Source of the DNA: an uncultured Chloroflexia bacterium
Lineage (GTDB): Bacteria; Chloroflexota; Limnocylindria; Limnocylindrales; CSP1-4
Reading direction: 5' to 3'
DNA length: 64,000 nucleotides
Assembly (NCBI GenBank): GCA_963716375.1
Contig: OY970306.1
Span: forward strand, 2,421,228-2,485,227
Below, piece by piece: positions 1 through 9,090 of the stretch. Numbering within the stretch: the first letter of the stretch is position 1; the number at the start of each line of letters is the position of its first letter. The position numbers and the translations under genes are program-made. Under the pieces are notes generated by a model. The model made no database searches, was not told where the DNA came from, and was given only the letters and a program-made list of their open reading frames with translations.

Positions 1-93
1 CTTGGTCGCGGTGGTGCTCGTGCTGCTGCTGCAGGCGGCGGCAGCCAGCGCCACCACGATCAGCAGCGCGGCCAGTCGGCGTGTCGTTTGCAT
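1..93 (-). CDS. Lipoprotein N-terminus (partial, runs off window); probable substrate-binding protein of the adjacent ABC transporter
   Basis: The reverse complement of 1-93 reads MQTTRRLAALLIVVALAAAACSSSTSTTATK, a signal peptide with lipobox LAAAAC|S. A GGAGGG Shine-Dalgarno sits at about 100-106. It lies last in a permease-ATPase-permease operon. Confidence 0.5.
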   Translation of the reverse strand, partial: MQTTRRLAALLIVVALAAAACSSSTSTTATK

Positions 94-228
94 GAGAACC
101 CTCCTCGTCGAAACTCCCTGGGCTGGGCGCGACGCGTGTCGATGATCAGGTGCTTCGCTCACCTCCTCCTGTCGGCGACCTGCGCGGGGCGTCCCGGCCG
201 GCCGCATCGGTCGCTCGCCGACCTCCGT

Positions 229-1071
229 TCACGGTTCCTGTTCCCGCATGGCGGTATGCCACGGCATCATCAGGCGCTCAAATGCGAGTACCACGAGATA
301 GAAGACGATGCCCAGCAGGCAGGCCATGACGATCGCCGCCCAGGCATTCGGGTAGCGGAAGACGTACGCCTCGGAGGTGATGTAGATCCCGAGTGCCTGC
401 TGCGGACCGCCGAAGTACTCGCCCACGACGGCCCCGATGACGCTGAGCGTGGTCGCGATCTTGAGGCCTGTGAAGATGTACGGCAGGGCGTTCGGGATCC
501 GGAGCTTGCGCAGGACCTGGCCTTCGGTGGCGGCCAGGGAGTGCATCAGCTCGACCGCGGAGGGGTTGACCTCGGTCAGGCCCCGGACCGTGTTGATCAT
601 CATGGGGAAGAAGACCATCAGGGCGACGATGGCCATTCGCGAGAACGGGCTCTGCGAGCTGAACCAGTTGTTGGCAATCGGCGCGAACGCGATGATCGGG
701 ATCGAATTGGCCGCGATCGCCAGCGGCATCAGCGACTCGCGCGCGGATTCCCAGCGTGAGGTCGCGAGCGCGACGCCGACGCCCAGGGTCACCCCGATGA
801 GGAGGCCGCCGAGGGCCTCGGTCGCGGTGAAGAGGATGCCGGACTGGAGCGTCGGCCACTGATCGACGAGGGCCGCGGCGATGACCGACGGCCGCGGCAG
901 CAGGAACTGCTGCACGCCGAGCACCGTCAGCGTGACTTCCCACAGGACGAGGACGATCAGGAAGACGGCGATGGGCGGCCCCAGCGATCGCGCCCGGGCC
1001 CCCGGCCGCAGCCGTCCCGGCCCGCTCGAGACGGACCCGCCCGGTTGGCCGACCGCCACGCCGGCGCTCAC
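229..1071 (-). CDS. ABC transporter permease (NitT/TauT aliphatic sulfonate/nitrate/taurine-type family)
   Basis: A 280-aa multi-TM protein with BPD-transporter signature around ...LKIATTLSVIGAVVGEYFGG... It overlaps the upstream ATPase stop by 4 bp. Confidence 0.85.
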   Translation of the reverse strand: MSAGVAVGQPGGSVSSGPGRLRPGARARSLGPPIAVFLIVLVLWEVTLTVLGVQQFLLPRPSVIAAALVDQWPTLQSGILFTATEALGGLLIGVTLGVGVALATSRWESARESLMPLAIAANSIPIIAFAPIANNWFSSQSPFSRMAIVALMVFFPMMINTVRGLTEVNPSAVELMHSLAATEGQVLRKLRIPNALPYIFTGLKIATTLSVIGAVVGEYFGGPQQALGIYITSEAYVFRYPNAWAAIVMACLLGIVFYLVVLAFERLMMPWHTAMREQEP

Positions 1072-2000
1072 CCGAGACCTTCCGCCCGGACCCGCGCCGC
1101 ATCGGTCGCGGTCATGCCCGGCGCGTCACTCTCGTTGCGGCGGAGCGATTCGCGGACCGCCGTGACCAGTTCGAAGTAGTGCTCCTGCTCCCGTGTCTCG
1201 ACCACCCGGGGCTGCGGCAGGTCGACGTCGATGACGGATGAGATCCTGCCCGGCCGGGCCGACATCACGACGACCCGGTTGGACAGGAAGACGGCCTCTG
1301 GGATCGAGTGCGTCACGAAGACGATCGTGGTCCCGAGTCGCCGCCAGATGTTCATCAGCTCGAGGTTCATCCGCTCGCGGGTCATCTCGTCGAGGGCCCC
1401 GAACGGCTCGTCCATCAGGAGGAGCCGCGGATCGAACGCGAGGGCGCGGGCAATCGCCACGCGCTGCTGCATGCCGCCCGACAGCTGCCAGGGGTATTTC
1501 GGGGCGAACTCGCGCAACTCGACGAGGTCCAGCAGGCTCCTCGCCCGGCGCTCGCGTTCGGCCTTCGGGAAACCCATGATCTCCAGCGGCAGCTCAACGT
1601 TGCCGATCACGGTCCGCCAGTCCATCAGGACGGGCGCCTGGAAGACCATCCCGTAGTCGCGGTCGAGGCGGGCCTGGCGGGCCGGCTTGCCGTTGATCCG
1701 CACCTCACCCTCGGTCGGGCCGGTGAGGTCGCCGATGAGCCGCAGCAGGGTCGACTTGCCGCAGCCGGATGGACCGATGAGCGAGACGAACTCGCCCTCG
1801 GCGACGGACAGGTCGATCGAATGGAGTGCCTCGACCGAGCCCTCGCCAGTCCCGAACGTCTTGCCGACGCCGGCGATGTCCACCACGGACCGAGCCGGGG
1901 CCGTGGCGTGGGACGTGGCGGCCGGCGCTGCCAGCCCGGAGTGCGCCGCCGCCGAGGCTGGCGCAGGTCCGGCGGGTGTGGCGCCCGTCGGGTCCGTCAT
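1068..2000 (-). CDS. ABC transporter ATP-binding protein (NitT/TauT family)
   Basis: Walker A GPSGCGKST, ABC signature LSGGMQQRVAIARAL and Walker B LLLMDEPFGALD. The start MTDPTG overlaps the upstream permease stop (ATGA). The longer 577-aa ORF on the track is an N-terminal read-through artefact. Confidence 0.85.
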   Translation of the reverse strand: MTDPTGATPAGPAPASAAAHSGLAAPAATSHATAPARSVVDIAGVGKTFGTGEGSVEALHSIDLSVAEGEFVSLIGPSGCGKSTLLRLIGDLTGPTEGEVRINGKPARQARLDRDYGMVFQAPVLMDWRTVIGNVELPLEIMGFPKAERERRARSLLDLVELREFAPKYPWQLSGGMQQRVAIARALAFDPRLLLMDEPFGALDEMTRERMNLELMNIWRRLGTTIVFVTHSIPEAVFLSNRVVVMSARPGRISSVIDVDLPQPRVVETREQEHYFELVTAVRESLRRNESDAPGMTATDAARVRAEGLG

Positions 2001-2944
2001 GGCCGGGCCTCGATCGGCCGGTAGCGGCCGCGGGTGACGAGCCGTTCCACGACCCAGATCAGGCCGACGAAGAACAGCCCCAACAGGCAGGTCGCGATGA
2101 TCGTGGCCCAGAGCTTCTCGGGATCGGTCACGTAGTACTGGTTGAAGTTGAGGATCGCGCCGCCGAGTCCCCCCGGGATGCCCGAGGGCAGCTCGCCGAT
2201 GATCGCGCCGATGATGCTGGCCGTGGCCCCGATCCGGAGCGCCACGAACAGGTACGGCACCGACGCCGGCAGGCGCAATCGCCAGAGGATCTGCGACCGA
2301 CTCGCGGCATACGAGCGCATCAGCTCGAACGCCCGCGGGTCGGCGGAGCGCATCCCGCGCAGCGCGCCGACGGTGACCGGGAAGAACGTCAGGTAGGCCG
2401 AGATGACCGCCACGGACAGCCAGTCGGCCCGCAGGAAGATCACGATGATCGGGGCAAGAGCGATGATCGGCACGGTCTGGGACGCGACCACGTAGGGCAC
2501 CAGCGCCCGCTCCAGCAGGCCCGAATGGATGAACAGGATGGCGAGGCCGAGGCCCAGCAGCGCCCCGAAGACGAACCCGATGAGCGCCTCCTGGAACGTG
2601 AAGACCGCCGCACCGAGCAGGACCGACGCCATCGGCGGGCCGTTCCGCTGGGCAGGCTCCAGGAACGAACCGGCGATGTTCCAGACATGGGGCAGGGCAA
2701 GGTCCGTGGCGATCCGAATCGAGAACGGCGGCCGGTGTTCGTAGTCGATGCCGAACCCGGCGATCGAGGCGTGGATGCGCCACGGATCGCCGGCGAGCCA
2801 CTTGAGCAGCTCCCAGGCGACGAGCAGCAGCCCGATGACGACGAGGATCCCGAGCGTCCGCCGCCGCCGGCTGAGCCCCGCGCTCGCCGAGGGCGACGCG
2901 GATCGACCGCCCGGCCGGATCAGCGAGCGGCTTGCCGTGGTCAT
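1997..2944 (-). CDS. ABC transporter permease (NitT/TauT family), second permease
   Basis: A 315-aa multi-TM protein, paralogous to 229-1071 in permease topology and motifs. Confidence 0.85.
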   Translation of the reverse strand: MTTASRSLIRPGGRSASPSASAGLSRRRRTLGILVVIGLLLVAWELLKWLAGDPWRIHASIAGFGIDYEHRPPFSIRIATDLALPHVWNIAGSFLEPAQRNGPPMASVLLGAAVFTFQEALIGFVFGALLGLGLAILFIHSGLLERALVPYVVASQTVPIIALAPIIVIFLRADWLSVAVISAYLTFFPVTVGALRGMRSADPRAFELMRSYAASRSQILWRLRLPASVPYLFVALRIGATASIIGAIIGELPSGIPGGLGGAILNFNQYYVTDPEKLWATIIATCLLGLFFVGLIWVVERLVTRGRYRPIEARP

Positions 2945-2969
2945 TCGACGCTCGGCCGCCCGCTCGCCG

Positions 2970-4307
2970 TCAGGCTCGGACCGACTGGTCGGTGATCGCG
3001 AGGGCCCGATCGATGATCTCGAAGCCCTGGCGGAGCTCGGCCTCGCTGATCGTCAGCGGCGGGTTCGTGTAGACGCTGTTCCAGCGGACCATCGTGTAGA
3101 GGCCCTCCTGGCGGAAGAACCGGCCGATGGCGGCCATCTCGTCCGAGGTCCCGTTGTACGGCGTCAGCGGGGTGTACGGCTCACGGCTCCGGACGAGATC
3201 GATGATCCCGAACAGGCCGATGTTGCGCGCCGCGCCGACGGACGGGTGGCGGGCGACCAGGTCATCCATCAATGAGCGCATCAGGACGCCTCGCCGGGCC
3301 GCCTGCTCGATCAGCCCGTCCTCCTCGTAGACCGCGATCGTGGCCAGGGCGGTGGCGCAGCCAAGTGGGTGGCTGTTGTACGTCAGCCCGCCGTAGAACA
3401 CGTTCTCGCGGAAATGCTCCGCGATGTGATGGCGCATCCCGAGAGCCCCGAGCTGGACGTAGGCGCTCGTCAGCCCCTTGGCCATCGTCATCAGGTCGGG
3501 TACCACGCCCCAGTGGTCGATCGCGAACCACTTGCCGGTTCGCCCGAAGCCGGCCATCACCTCGTCAACGACCAGCAGGATTCCATTGCGATCGCAGATG
3601 TCACGCAGGCCCTGCATGTAGCCGTCGGGCGGGACGAGGATGCCATTGGTGCCCACGACGGTCTCGACGAAGATCGCCGCGATCGTCCTCGCCCCCTCGT
3701 ACATGATCACGTCCTCGGTCTGCTGGAGGACCTCGGCGACGGGCTCCGGCTCGGCCTTCGCCCAGCGGTGGAAATCCGGGATTCGCACGACCCCGGGCAT
3801 GCCCGGCTCGACCGGCCAGCGCCGCGGATCGCCGGTCAGGGTGATGGCCCCGTTTGTGCCGCCGTGGTACGAGCGGTAGCGGGCCAGGATCTTGTTGCGG
3901 CCGGTGAACATGCGGGCGACCTTGATGGCGTTCTCGTTCGCCTCGGCGCCGCCGTTCGTGAAGAAGAACGTGTCGATGTCGCCCGGAGTGATCTCGGCGA
4001 GCTTCGCGCCCAGGCGCGCCCGGGGCTCGGTTGCCATGAACGGATTGGCGTAGGCCAGGGTCGCGGCCTGCTCCGCGATGGCCCGGACGACGCGTTCGTC
4101 GCCATGGCCGATGTTCGTGCACATCAGCTGGGCGTTGAAATCGAGGTAGCGCTTGCCTTCGGGGGTCCAGAACCAGCAGCCCTTGGCCCCGGCGACGGGG
4201 ATCGGATCGACCCGCGCCTGGGCGGACCATTCGAAGATCGTGTGCTGCTTCGTGAGCGCGACGATCTCTTCGCCGGTCATGGAACCCGGCGCTGTGCTGA
4301 TTCCCAT
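2970..4307 (-). CDS. Class-III PLP aminotransferase (omega-amino acid/beta-alanine:pyruvate aminotransferase-like)
   Basis: A 445-aa protein with an aminotransferase-class-III fold, including the PLP-lysine region ...DEVMAGFGRTGKWFA... Its context with pyrimidine-catabolism genes and mmsA suggests a beta-alanine to malonate semialdehyde role. Confidence 0.85.
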   Translation of the reverse strand: MGISTAPGSMTGEEIVALTKQHTIFEWSAQARVDPIPVAGAKGCWFWTPEGKRYLDFNAQLMCTNIGHGDERVVRAIAEQAATLAYANPFMATEPRARLGAKLAEITPGDIDTFFFTNGGAEANENAIKVARMFTGRNKILARYRSYHGGTNGAITLTGDPRRWPVEPGMPGVVRIPDFHRWAKAEPEPVAEVLQQTEDVIMYEGARTIAAIFVETVVGTNGILVPPDGYMQGLRDICDRNGILLVVDEVMAGFGRTGKWFAIDHWGVVPDLMTMAKGLTSAYVQLGALGMRHHIAEHFRENVFYGGLTYNSHPLGCATALATIAVYEEDGLIEQAARRGVLMRSLMDDLVARHPSVGAARNIGLFGIIDLVRSREPYTPLTPYNGTSDEMAAIGRFFRQEGLYTMVRWNSVYTNPPLTISEAELRQGFEIIDRALAITDQSVRA

Positions 4308-4593
4308 CGGTCCACCTCGGGCTGGCTGTGCCGGCCGCAGGGGCCATCCGTGACGGCCTCACGCCCGGAGGGGACCCGAGCGTCCAGCCTGTCTTCCGCG
4401 GTCGGGCGATCCCTCGGAACGTGGCCGTCATTCAACCACACTTGAGCACGCCGGCCCAGCCGTCCGGACCGGATTCGGCGGTGGCGCCGGCGCCCGCGAT
4501 GGGCCACCGGCCCTGGCGCCGGGTGACGGGTTCCGGCTTCGGCGGTACCATGGCGACCGGACCCATCCCCCGCGCACCGCACAGGTACAGGCC

Positions 4594-6972
4594 ATGCCCA
4601 TGCCGTCGAGGGCACGATTCGCCCTCGCCGCAGCGCTCGCCCTGGTCGCGAGCGGCGTTCCCTTCGGCACGCTTCCCCCGCTCGATGACCTTCGATCCGG
4701 GCTCGGCCTGGAGCCCGGATCGGCCCGGGCAGCCATCCAGCAGCAGTTCGCCCAGCAGGGCATCCTGCCCGTCGCCCCGGGCGTGAATCACGAGTGGGGC
4801 GCGATGTCGACGAGTTCCGGACCGCAGGTCGTCAACCTCGTCGAGGTCGCCCCGAACGCGCCGGGGATCACGTTCGAGTCGTCGATCGCGCGCGGTACGG
4901 TCGTCGGCCTGGAGCGGCCGAGCGCCACGGCCAACCGCCAGAGCGTCGAGGGCCACCGCGCCGTCGCGGCGATCAACGGCGACGTCTGGAGCAGCTCGAG
5001 CGTCGGCGCCCAGGCTGCGCCCTTCGGGCTCGACATCCATCACGGCGAGCTGGTCGTCGCAGGCTCCGCCGCGCGGCCCGCCTTCGGGATCGACGGCAAC
5101 GGCCAGCCTCTCATCGGCGCCCCGGTCGTGACGGTCAACCTCCTGACCGGCGATGGCGCGTTCCACCCGATCGACCGCGTCAACCAGCGCCGCAACGCCG
5201 GCGAATTCGTCCTCTACACGCCGCGCTTCGGGTCGCAGACGGACGCCGACTCGTCGGGCATCGAGGTGGTCCTGAGCGGCGTTCCGCTGCCCCTCCGCGC
5301 CAACCTGAACGTGCCGGCCACGGTGGTCGCGGTCCGACCAGCAACGGGTTCGCTGCCGATCGACCCCACGACCGTCGTGGTGACGGGTCCGACGAATTCC
5401 TGGCTCGCGACGCTGCTGCCGGGCCAGCCGCTCCAGTTGACCCTGTCGATCACCTCGGGCTGGGAGAACGCCTCCGAAGTGATCGGCGGGCGCGAATTCA
5501 TCCTCCGCAACGGGAACACGTACATCTCGCCCCACCCGGCCATCGCCGACCAGCTCCACCCCCGGACGGCCCTCGGGATCACCGCGGACGGCGGCGTCGT
5601 CCTTGTCGTCGTCGATGGGCGCGACGCGGGCGTAAGCACCGGCGTCACCGACTCCGAGCTGGCGTCGCTCCTCGCCAGCAAGGGGGCCATCAATGCGATC
5701 AACCTCGATGGGGGCGGCTCGACCTCGATGTCCGTCCGGCAGCCGGGCGACGGGGTCGTCTCCGTCGTCAATCGGCCGTCGGACGGCACCGAACGATCGG
5801 TTGCCAACAGCCTCGTCCTGTTCAGCGCCGCTCCGACCGGTCCGCTGGCGATCCTCAACGTCACGCCCCATGCCACGTCGACCTACGTCTCGGCGTCGGT
5901 CCCCTATCGCCTGACCGGCCAGGATGCTGCGTACAACCCGGTCGGGGTCCCGGCCTCATCCATTGCCTGGTCCGTGGCCGGCGCCGCGGGAACCTTCGAT
6001 TCCGGCGGCCGCTTCACGCCGACCGGACCGGGCTCGGCGACGATCACGGCGGCCGTTGGCCCGGTCGAGGGTTCGGCAAGGCTGAACGTGCTCGTCGACA
6101 CCTCGCCCCCGGTCGCCCAACCGCCGGTCGTGACGCTCCTGAAGGGCGAGGCCATCGGTACGAGCATCCCGGTCCAGGTGAGCTGGCCGGCCGGCAAGGA
6201 CGTCGGGATCGGGCTGGCCGGCTACGCGCTCGATCGGAACGTGAACGGCCACGGCTGGGCGGCGACGCCATCCGGCAGCGCGATGAACCGGTACGTCCCA
6301 TCGGGTCTCGCGCGCAACACGAACTATCGCTATGCGATTCGCGCCTCGGACAAGGCCGGCAACGTCGGGGCCTGGGTGACCGGGCCGTCGTTCCGGGTCG
6401 TGACGCTGTCCGAAGCGTCGCCCTCGATCTCGTTCCACGGATCGTGGAGTCGCATCAAGTCGCCCTCCTATGACGGCAAGGCCGCGAAGTCGACCCGGAC
6501 TGCCGGTGCGTCGGCAACGTACACCTTCGTCGGGATGAGCTTCGCCTGGGTGGCCGCCACGAGTCCTGTCCGGGGCTCGGCTGCGGTCTACGTCGACGGC
6601 GTGCTGGCAGCCAACGTCAGCACGTACTCGAAGACGACGACGGCCCGGGAGATGGTCTTCACGCGCAGCTGGGACAAGATCGGCCGGCACACGGTCAAGA
6701 TCGTGGCGCTCGGGACGGCCGGCCATCCGCGGGTCGATATCGACGCCTTCGTCGTCCTGGCGAGCCCGACGATCACGGTCGGGGCGCCGCCGGCGTCCGG
6801 CAAGCCGGTTCCGTCGCCGACGCCCAGCCCGACCCCGACACCCACGCCGTCGCCGACCCCCGTGCCGACGCCGCCGCCCAGCCCGAACCCGTCGCCGACT
6901 CCCTCGCCCACCCCGACGCCCAGCCCGACCCCGTCGGGCGCTCCGACGCCGACACCGTCCGCCACGATCTGA
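4594..6972 (+). CDS. Secreted multidomain protein: phosphodiester glycosidase (NAGPA-like) domain + Ig-like/FN3 domains + conserved C-terminal beta-domain + Pro/Thr/Ser linker tail
   Basis: Signal peptide MPMPSRARFALAAALALVASG. Motifs AINGDVW and AINLDGGGSTSM are typical of the phosphodiester glycosidase family. An FN3-like YRYAIRASDKAGNVG is present. The C-terminal domain GHPRVDIDAFVV is shared with 58382-60547. The tail is PSPTPSPTPTPTPSPTP... Confidence 0.75.
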   Translation: MPMPSRARFALAAALALVASGVPFGTLPPLDDLRSGLGLEPGSARAAIQQQFAQQGILPVAPGVNHEWGAMSTSSGPQVVNLVEVAPNAPGITFESSIARGTVVGLERPSATANRQSVEGHRAVAAINGDVWSSSSVGAQAAPFGLDIHHGELVVAGSAARPAFGIDGNGQPLIGAPVVTVNLLTGDGAFHPIDRVNQRRNAGEFVLYTPRFGSQTDADSSGIEVVLSGVPLPLRANLNVPATVVAVRPATGSLPIDPTTVVVTGPTNSWLATLLPGQPLQLTLSITSGWENASEVIGGREFILRNGNTYISPHPAIADQLHPRTALGITADGGVVLVVVDGRDAGVSTGVTDSELASLLASKGAINAINLDGGGSTSMSVRQPGDGVVSVVNRPSDGTERSVANSLVLFSAAPTGPLAILNVTPHATSTYVSASVPYRLTGQDAAYNPVGVPASSIAWSVAGAAGTFDSGGRFTPTGPGSATITAAVGPVEGSARLNVLVDTSPPVAQPPVVTLLKGEAIGTSIPVQVSWPAGKDVGIGLAGYALDRNVNGHGWAATPSGSAMNRYVPSGLARNTNYRYAIRASDKAGNVGAWVTGPSFRVVTLSEASPSISFHGSWSRIKSPSYDGKAAKSTRTAGASATYTFVGMSFAWVAATSPVRGSAAVYVDGVLAANVSTYSKTTTAREMVFTRSWDKIGRHTVKIVALGTAGHPRVDIDAFVVLASPTITVGAPPASGKPVPSPTPSPTPTPTPSPTPVPTPPPSPNPSPTPSPTPTPSPTPSGAPTPTPSATI

Positions 6973-7079
6973 GGCACTGAGGGCCCTCGGGCCCGGTGTA
7001 AGCTTCGACGACTGATTGACCGGTTGCGGGTCCGGTCTGGCCGGCCCGCGCCAGCGACCCCTCGCGGAGGTGACGCCCA

Positions 7080-7931
7080 ATGCCCCGAAACGTTCGCGGA
7101 GCGCTGCTGCAGGCAACCTGGACCGGCGACAAGGAATCGATGATCCAGAAGCACGAGCGCTACGCCCACGAGGCCGCCGCCCAGGGCGCCCAGGTGATGC
7201 TCTTCCAGGAGCTGTTCTACGGGCCCTACTTCTGCCAGGTCCAGGACGCGCAGTACTACAGCTACACCGAGCACATCCCCGACGGACCCACGACGAAGCG
7301 GATGCAGGATCTCGCCAGGCAGACGGGCATGGTGATCGTCGTCCCGATGTACGAGGAGGACGAGAAGGCCTCGGGGATCTACTACAACACGGCCGCCGTG
7401 ATCGACGCGGACGGGAGCTACCTCGGCAAGTACCGCAAGACGCACATCCCCCATGTCAAGGGCTTCTGGGAGAAGTTCTACTTCCGGCCGGGCAACCTCG
7501 GCTATCCGGTCTTCGAGACGGCCGTCGGCAAGGTCGGCGTCTACATCTGCTACGACCGCCATTTCCCGGAAGGCGCCCGCGCACTCGGCCTCAACGGCGC
7601 GGAGATGGTGTTCATCCCGAGCGCCACGAGTCGCGGCCTCTCCGAGTACCTCTGGCGGATCGAGCAGGTCAGCCATGCCGTGGCCAACGGCTACTTCGTC
7701 GGCACGATCAACCGCGTCGGCATCGAGAAGGATCTCGGCGAGGACGACTTCTACGGCCAGAGCTACTTCGTGAACCCGCGCGGCCAGTTCATCGGCGCGG
7801 TCGGCGACGCGCACGAGGAGGAATTGCTGGTCCGGGACATGGATCTCGACCTGATCACCGAGGTCCGCCAGACGTGGCAGTTCTACCGCGACCGGCGACC
7901 CGACCAGTACGGAGACCTGGTCGCCCCCTGA
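7080..7931 (+). CDS. Beta-ureidopropionase (beta-alanine synthase), nitrilase-superfamily carbon-nitrogen hydrolase
   Basis: A 283-aa protein with strong similarity to eukaryotic-type beta-ureidopropionase (YRKTHIPHVKGFWEKFYFRPGNLGYPVFET...NGAEMVFIPSATSRGLSEYLWRIE...NRVG). The catalytic Cys lies in the YICYDRHFPE context. Confidence 0.85.
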   Translation: MPRNVRGALLQATWTGDKESMIQKHERYAHEAAAQGAQVMLFQELFYGPYFCQVQDAQYYSYTEHIPDGPTTKRMQDLARQTGMVIVVPMYEEDEKASGIYYNTAAVIDADGSYLGKYRKTHIPHVKGFWEKFYFRPGNLGYPVFETAVGKVGVYICYDRHFPEGARALGLNGAEMVFIPSATSRGLSEYLWRIEQVSHAVANGYFVGTINRVGIEKDLGEDDFYGQSYFVNPRGQFIGAVGDAHEEELLVRDMDLDLITEVRQTWQFYRDRRPDQYGDLVAP

Positions 7932-8079
7932 AACCTCCGACCAATGGCAACCTCGGGCGGACGGCATCCTCGGGCCAATGGCCTCGCGGGGCTCGGCCTT
8001 GGACCTCGGAGGGCGATTGCTCGGTCCACGGCGAGGGTGGCACGGCCGGCAATGAACAGTCACTGAGGGTTCCGTCACG

Positions 8080-9090
8080 ATGGACTTCGGGTTCACGCTC
8101 AAGCCGGAACACACGATCGAGCGCCACCTGGCCCTGACCCGCCAGGCGGAAGCCGCGGGCTTCAACTACGGCTGGCTGTTCGACTCCCATGTCCTGTGGC
8201 GCGAGCCGTACCCGCTCCTGACCCTCATGGCCGGGGCCACGACCCGGATGCGCCTCGGGACCTGTGTCACGAATCCAGCGACACGAGAGCCGACGGTGAC
8301 AGCCAGCGCCCTCGCCACGCTCAACGAGCTGAGTGGCGGCCGGATGGATCTCGGGATCGGCCGCGGCGACAGCGCGCGCCGGGTGCTCGGCAAGCCGCCG
8401 ACCTCGATGGCGATGCTCGAGGAGGCGGCGATCGTCATTCGCGACCTCGCCGAGGGCCGGGCGATCGAATACGAGGGCACGTGGCTGCAGTTGACCTGGG
8501 CCTCGGGCTTCGACCTGCCGCTCTGGATCGCGGGCTACGGCCCCAAGGCGATGGAGCTCGCCGGCCGGGTCGCCGACGGGATCATGCTCCAGCTGGCCGA
8601 TCCGGACCTGATCCGCCTCCTCGTCGGCCAGATCCACGATGCCGCACGGCGGGCCGGCCGGGATCCGGCCGAGATCCGGGTCATGGCGGCAGCCCCGGCC
8701 CACGTCGGACCGCTGGACCTGTGCCGCGAGCGGACCCGCTGGTTCCCGGCCCTCGTCAGCAACCATGTCGTCGATCTCGTCAACCGCTACCCGCGAGACC
8801 AGCTGCCGGCGGCACTGACCGGGTACATCTCGGATCGGACGGGCTACGACTACCACCACCATGCGGAGGTCGGCTCGGCCAACGCGGCGTTCGTCGGCGA
8901 CGAGGTGACGGACCGGTTCTGCGTCCTGGGGTCGGTCGACGATCACCGGCGCAAGCTGCGCGAGCTGGCGGCCGCCGGCGTGGACCAGTTCAACCTGTAC
9001 CTGATGAACGGCGACGAAGAGGAGATCGTCTCGGTCTACGGGAGCGAGGTCATCCCCGAACTCGGGGAGGTTCGGGCGACTCGTGGGTAG
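8080..9090 (+). CDS. Luciferase-like monooxygenase (LLM) family, probable F420-dependent oxidoreductase
   Basis: A 336-aa protein with a TIM-barrel LLM fold (MDFGFTLKPEH..., GIGRGDS, DQFNLYL). It is embedded between beta-ureidopropionase and dihydropyrimidinase. Confidence 0.8.
   Translation: MDFGFTLKPEHTIERHLALTRQAEAAGFNYGWLFDSHVLWREPYPLLTLMAGATTRMRLGTCVTNPATREPTVTASALATLNELSGGRMDLGIGRGDSARRVLGKPPTSMAMLEEAAIVIRDLAEGRAIEYEGTWLQLTWASGFDLPLWIAGYGPKAMELAGRVADGIMLQLADPDLIRLLVGQIHDAARRAGRDPAEIRVMAAAPAHVGPLDLCRERTRWFPALVSNHVVDLVNRYPRDQLPAALTGYISDRTGYDYHHHAEVGSANAAFVGDEVTDRFCVLGSVDDHRRKLRELAAAGVDQFNLYLMNGDEEEIVSVYGSEVIPELGEVRATRG

Noticed and set aside
2970-4307. Taurine-pyruvate aminotransferase (Tpa) assignment based on the adjacent TauT-family ABC transporter
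   Set aside because: Class-III aminotransferases for taurine and beta-alanine cannot be separated by eye. The surrounding dihydropyrimidinase, beta-ureidopropionase and mmsA context favours beta-alanine. The call is left generic.
4432-7116. Long antisense/alternative-frame ORFs (e.g. 4432-5871, 4794-6473, 5956-7116, also 7855-9216, 11577-13634, 50791-52584, 10259-11587)
   Set aside because: They overlap strongly supported genes on the opposite strand or in another frame. They have Arg/Pro/Gly-rich, low-complexity translations typical of spurious ORFs in 70% GC DNA. They lack RBS and domain signatures.
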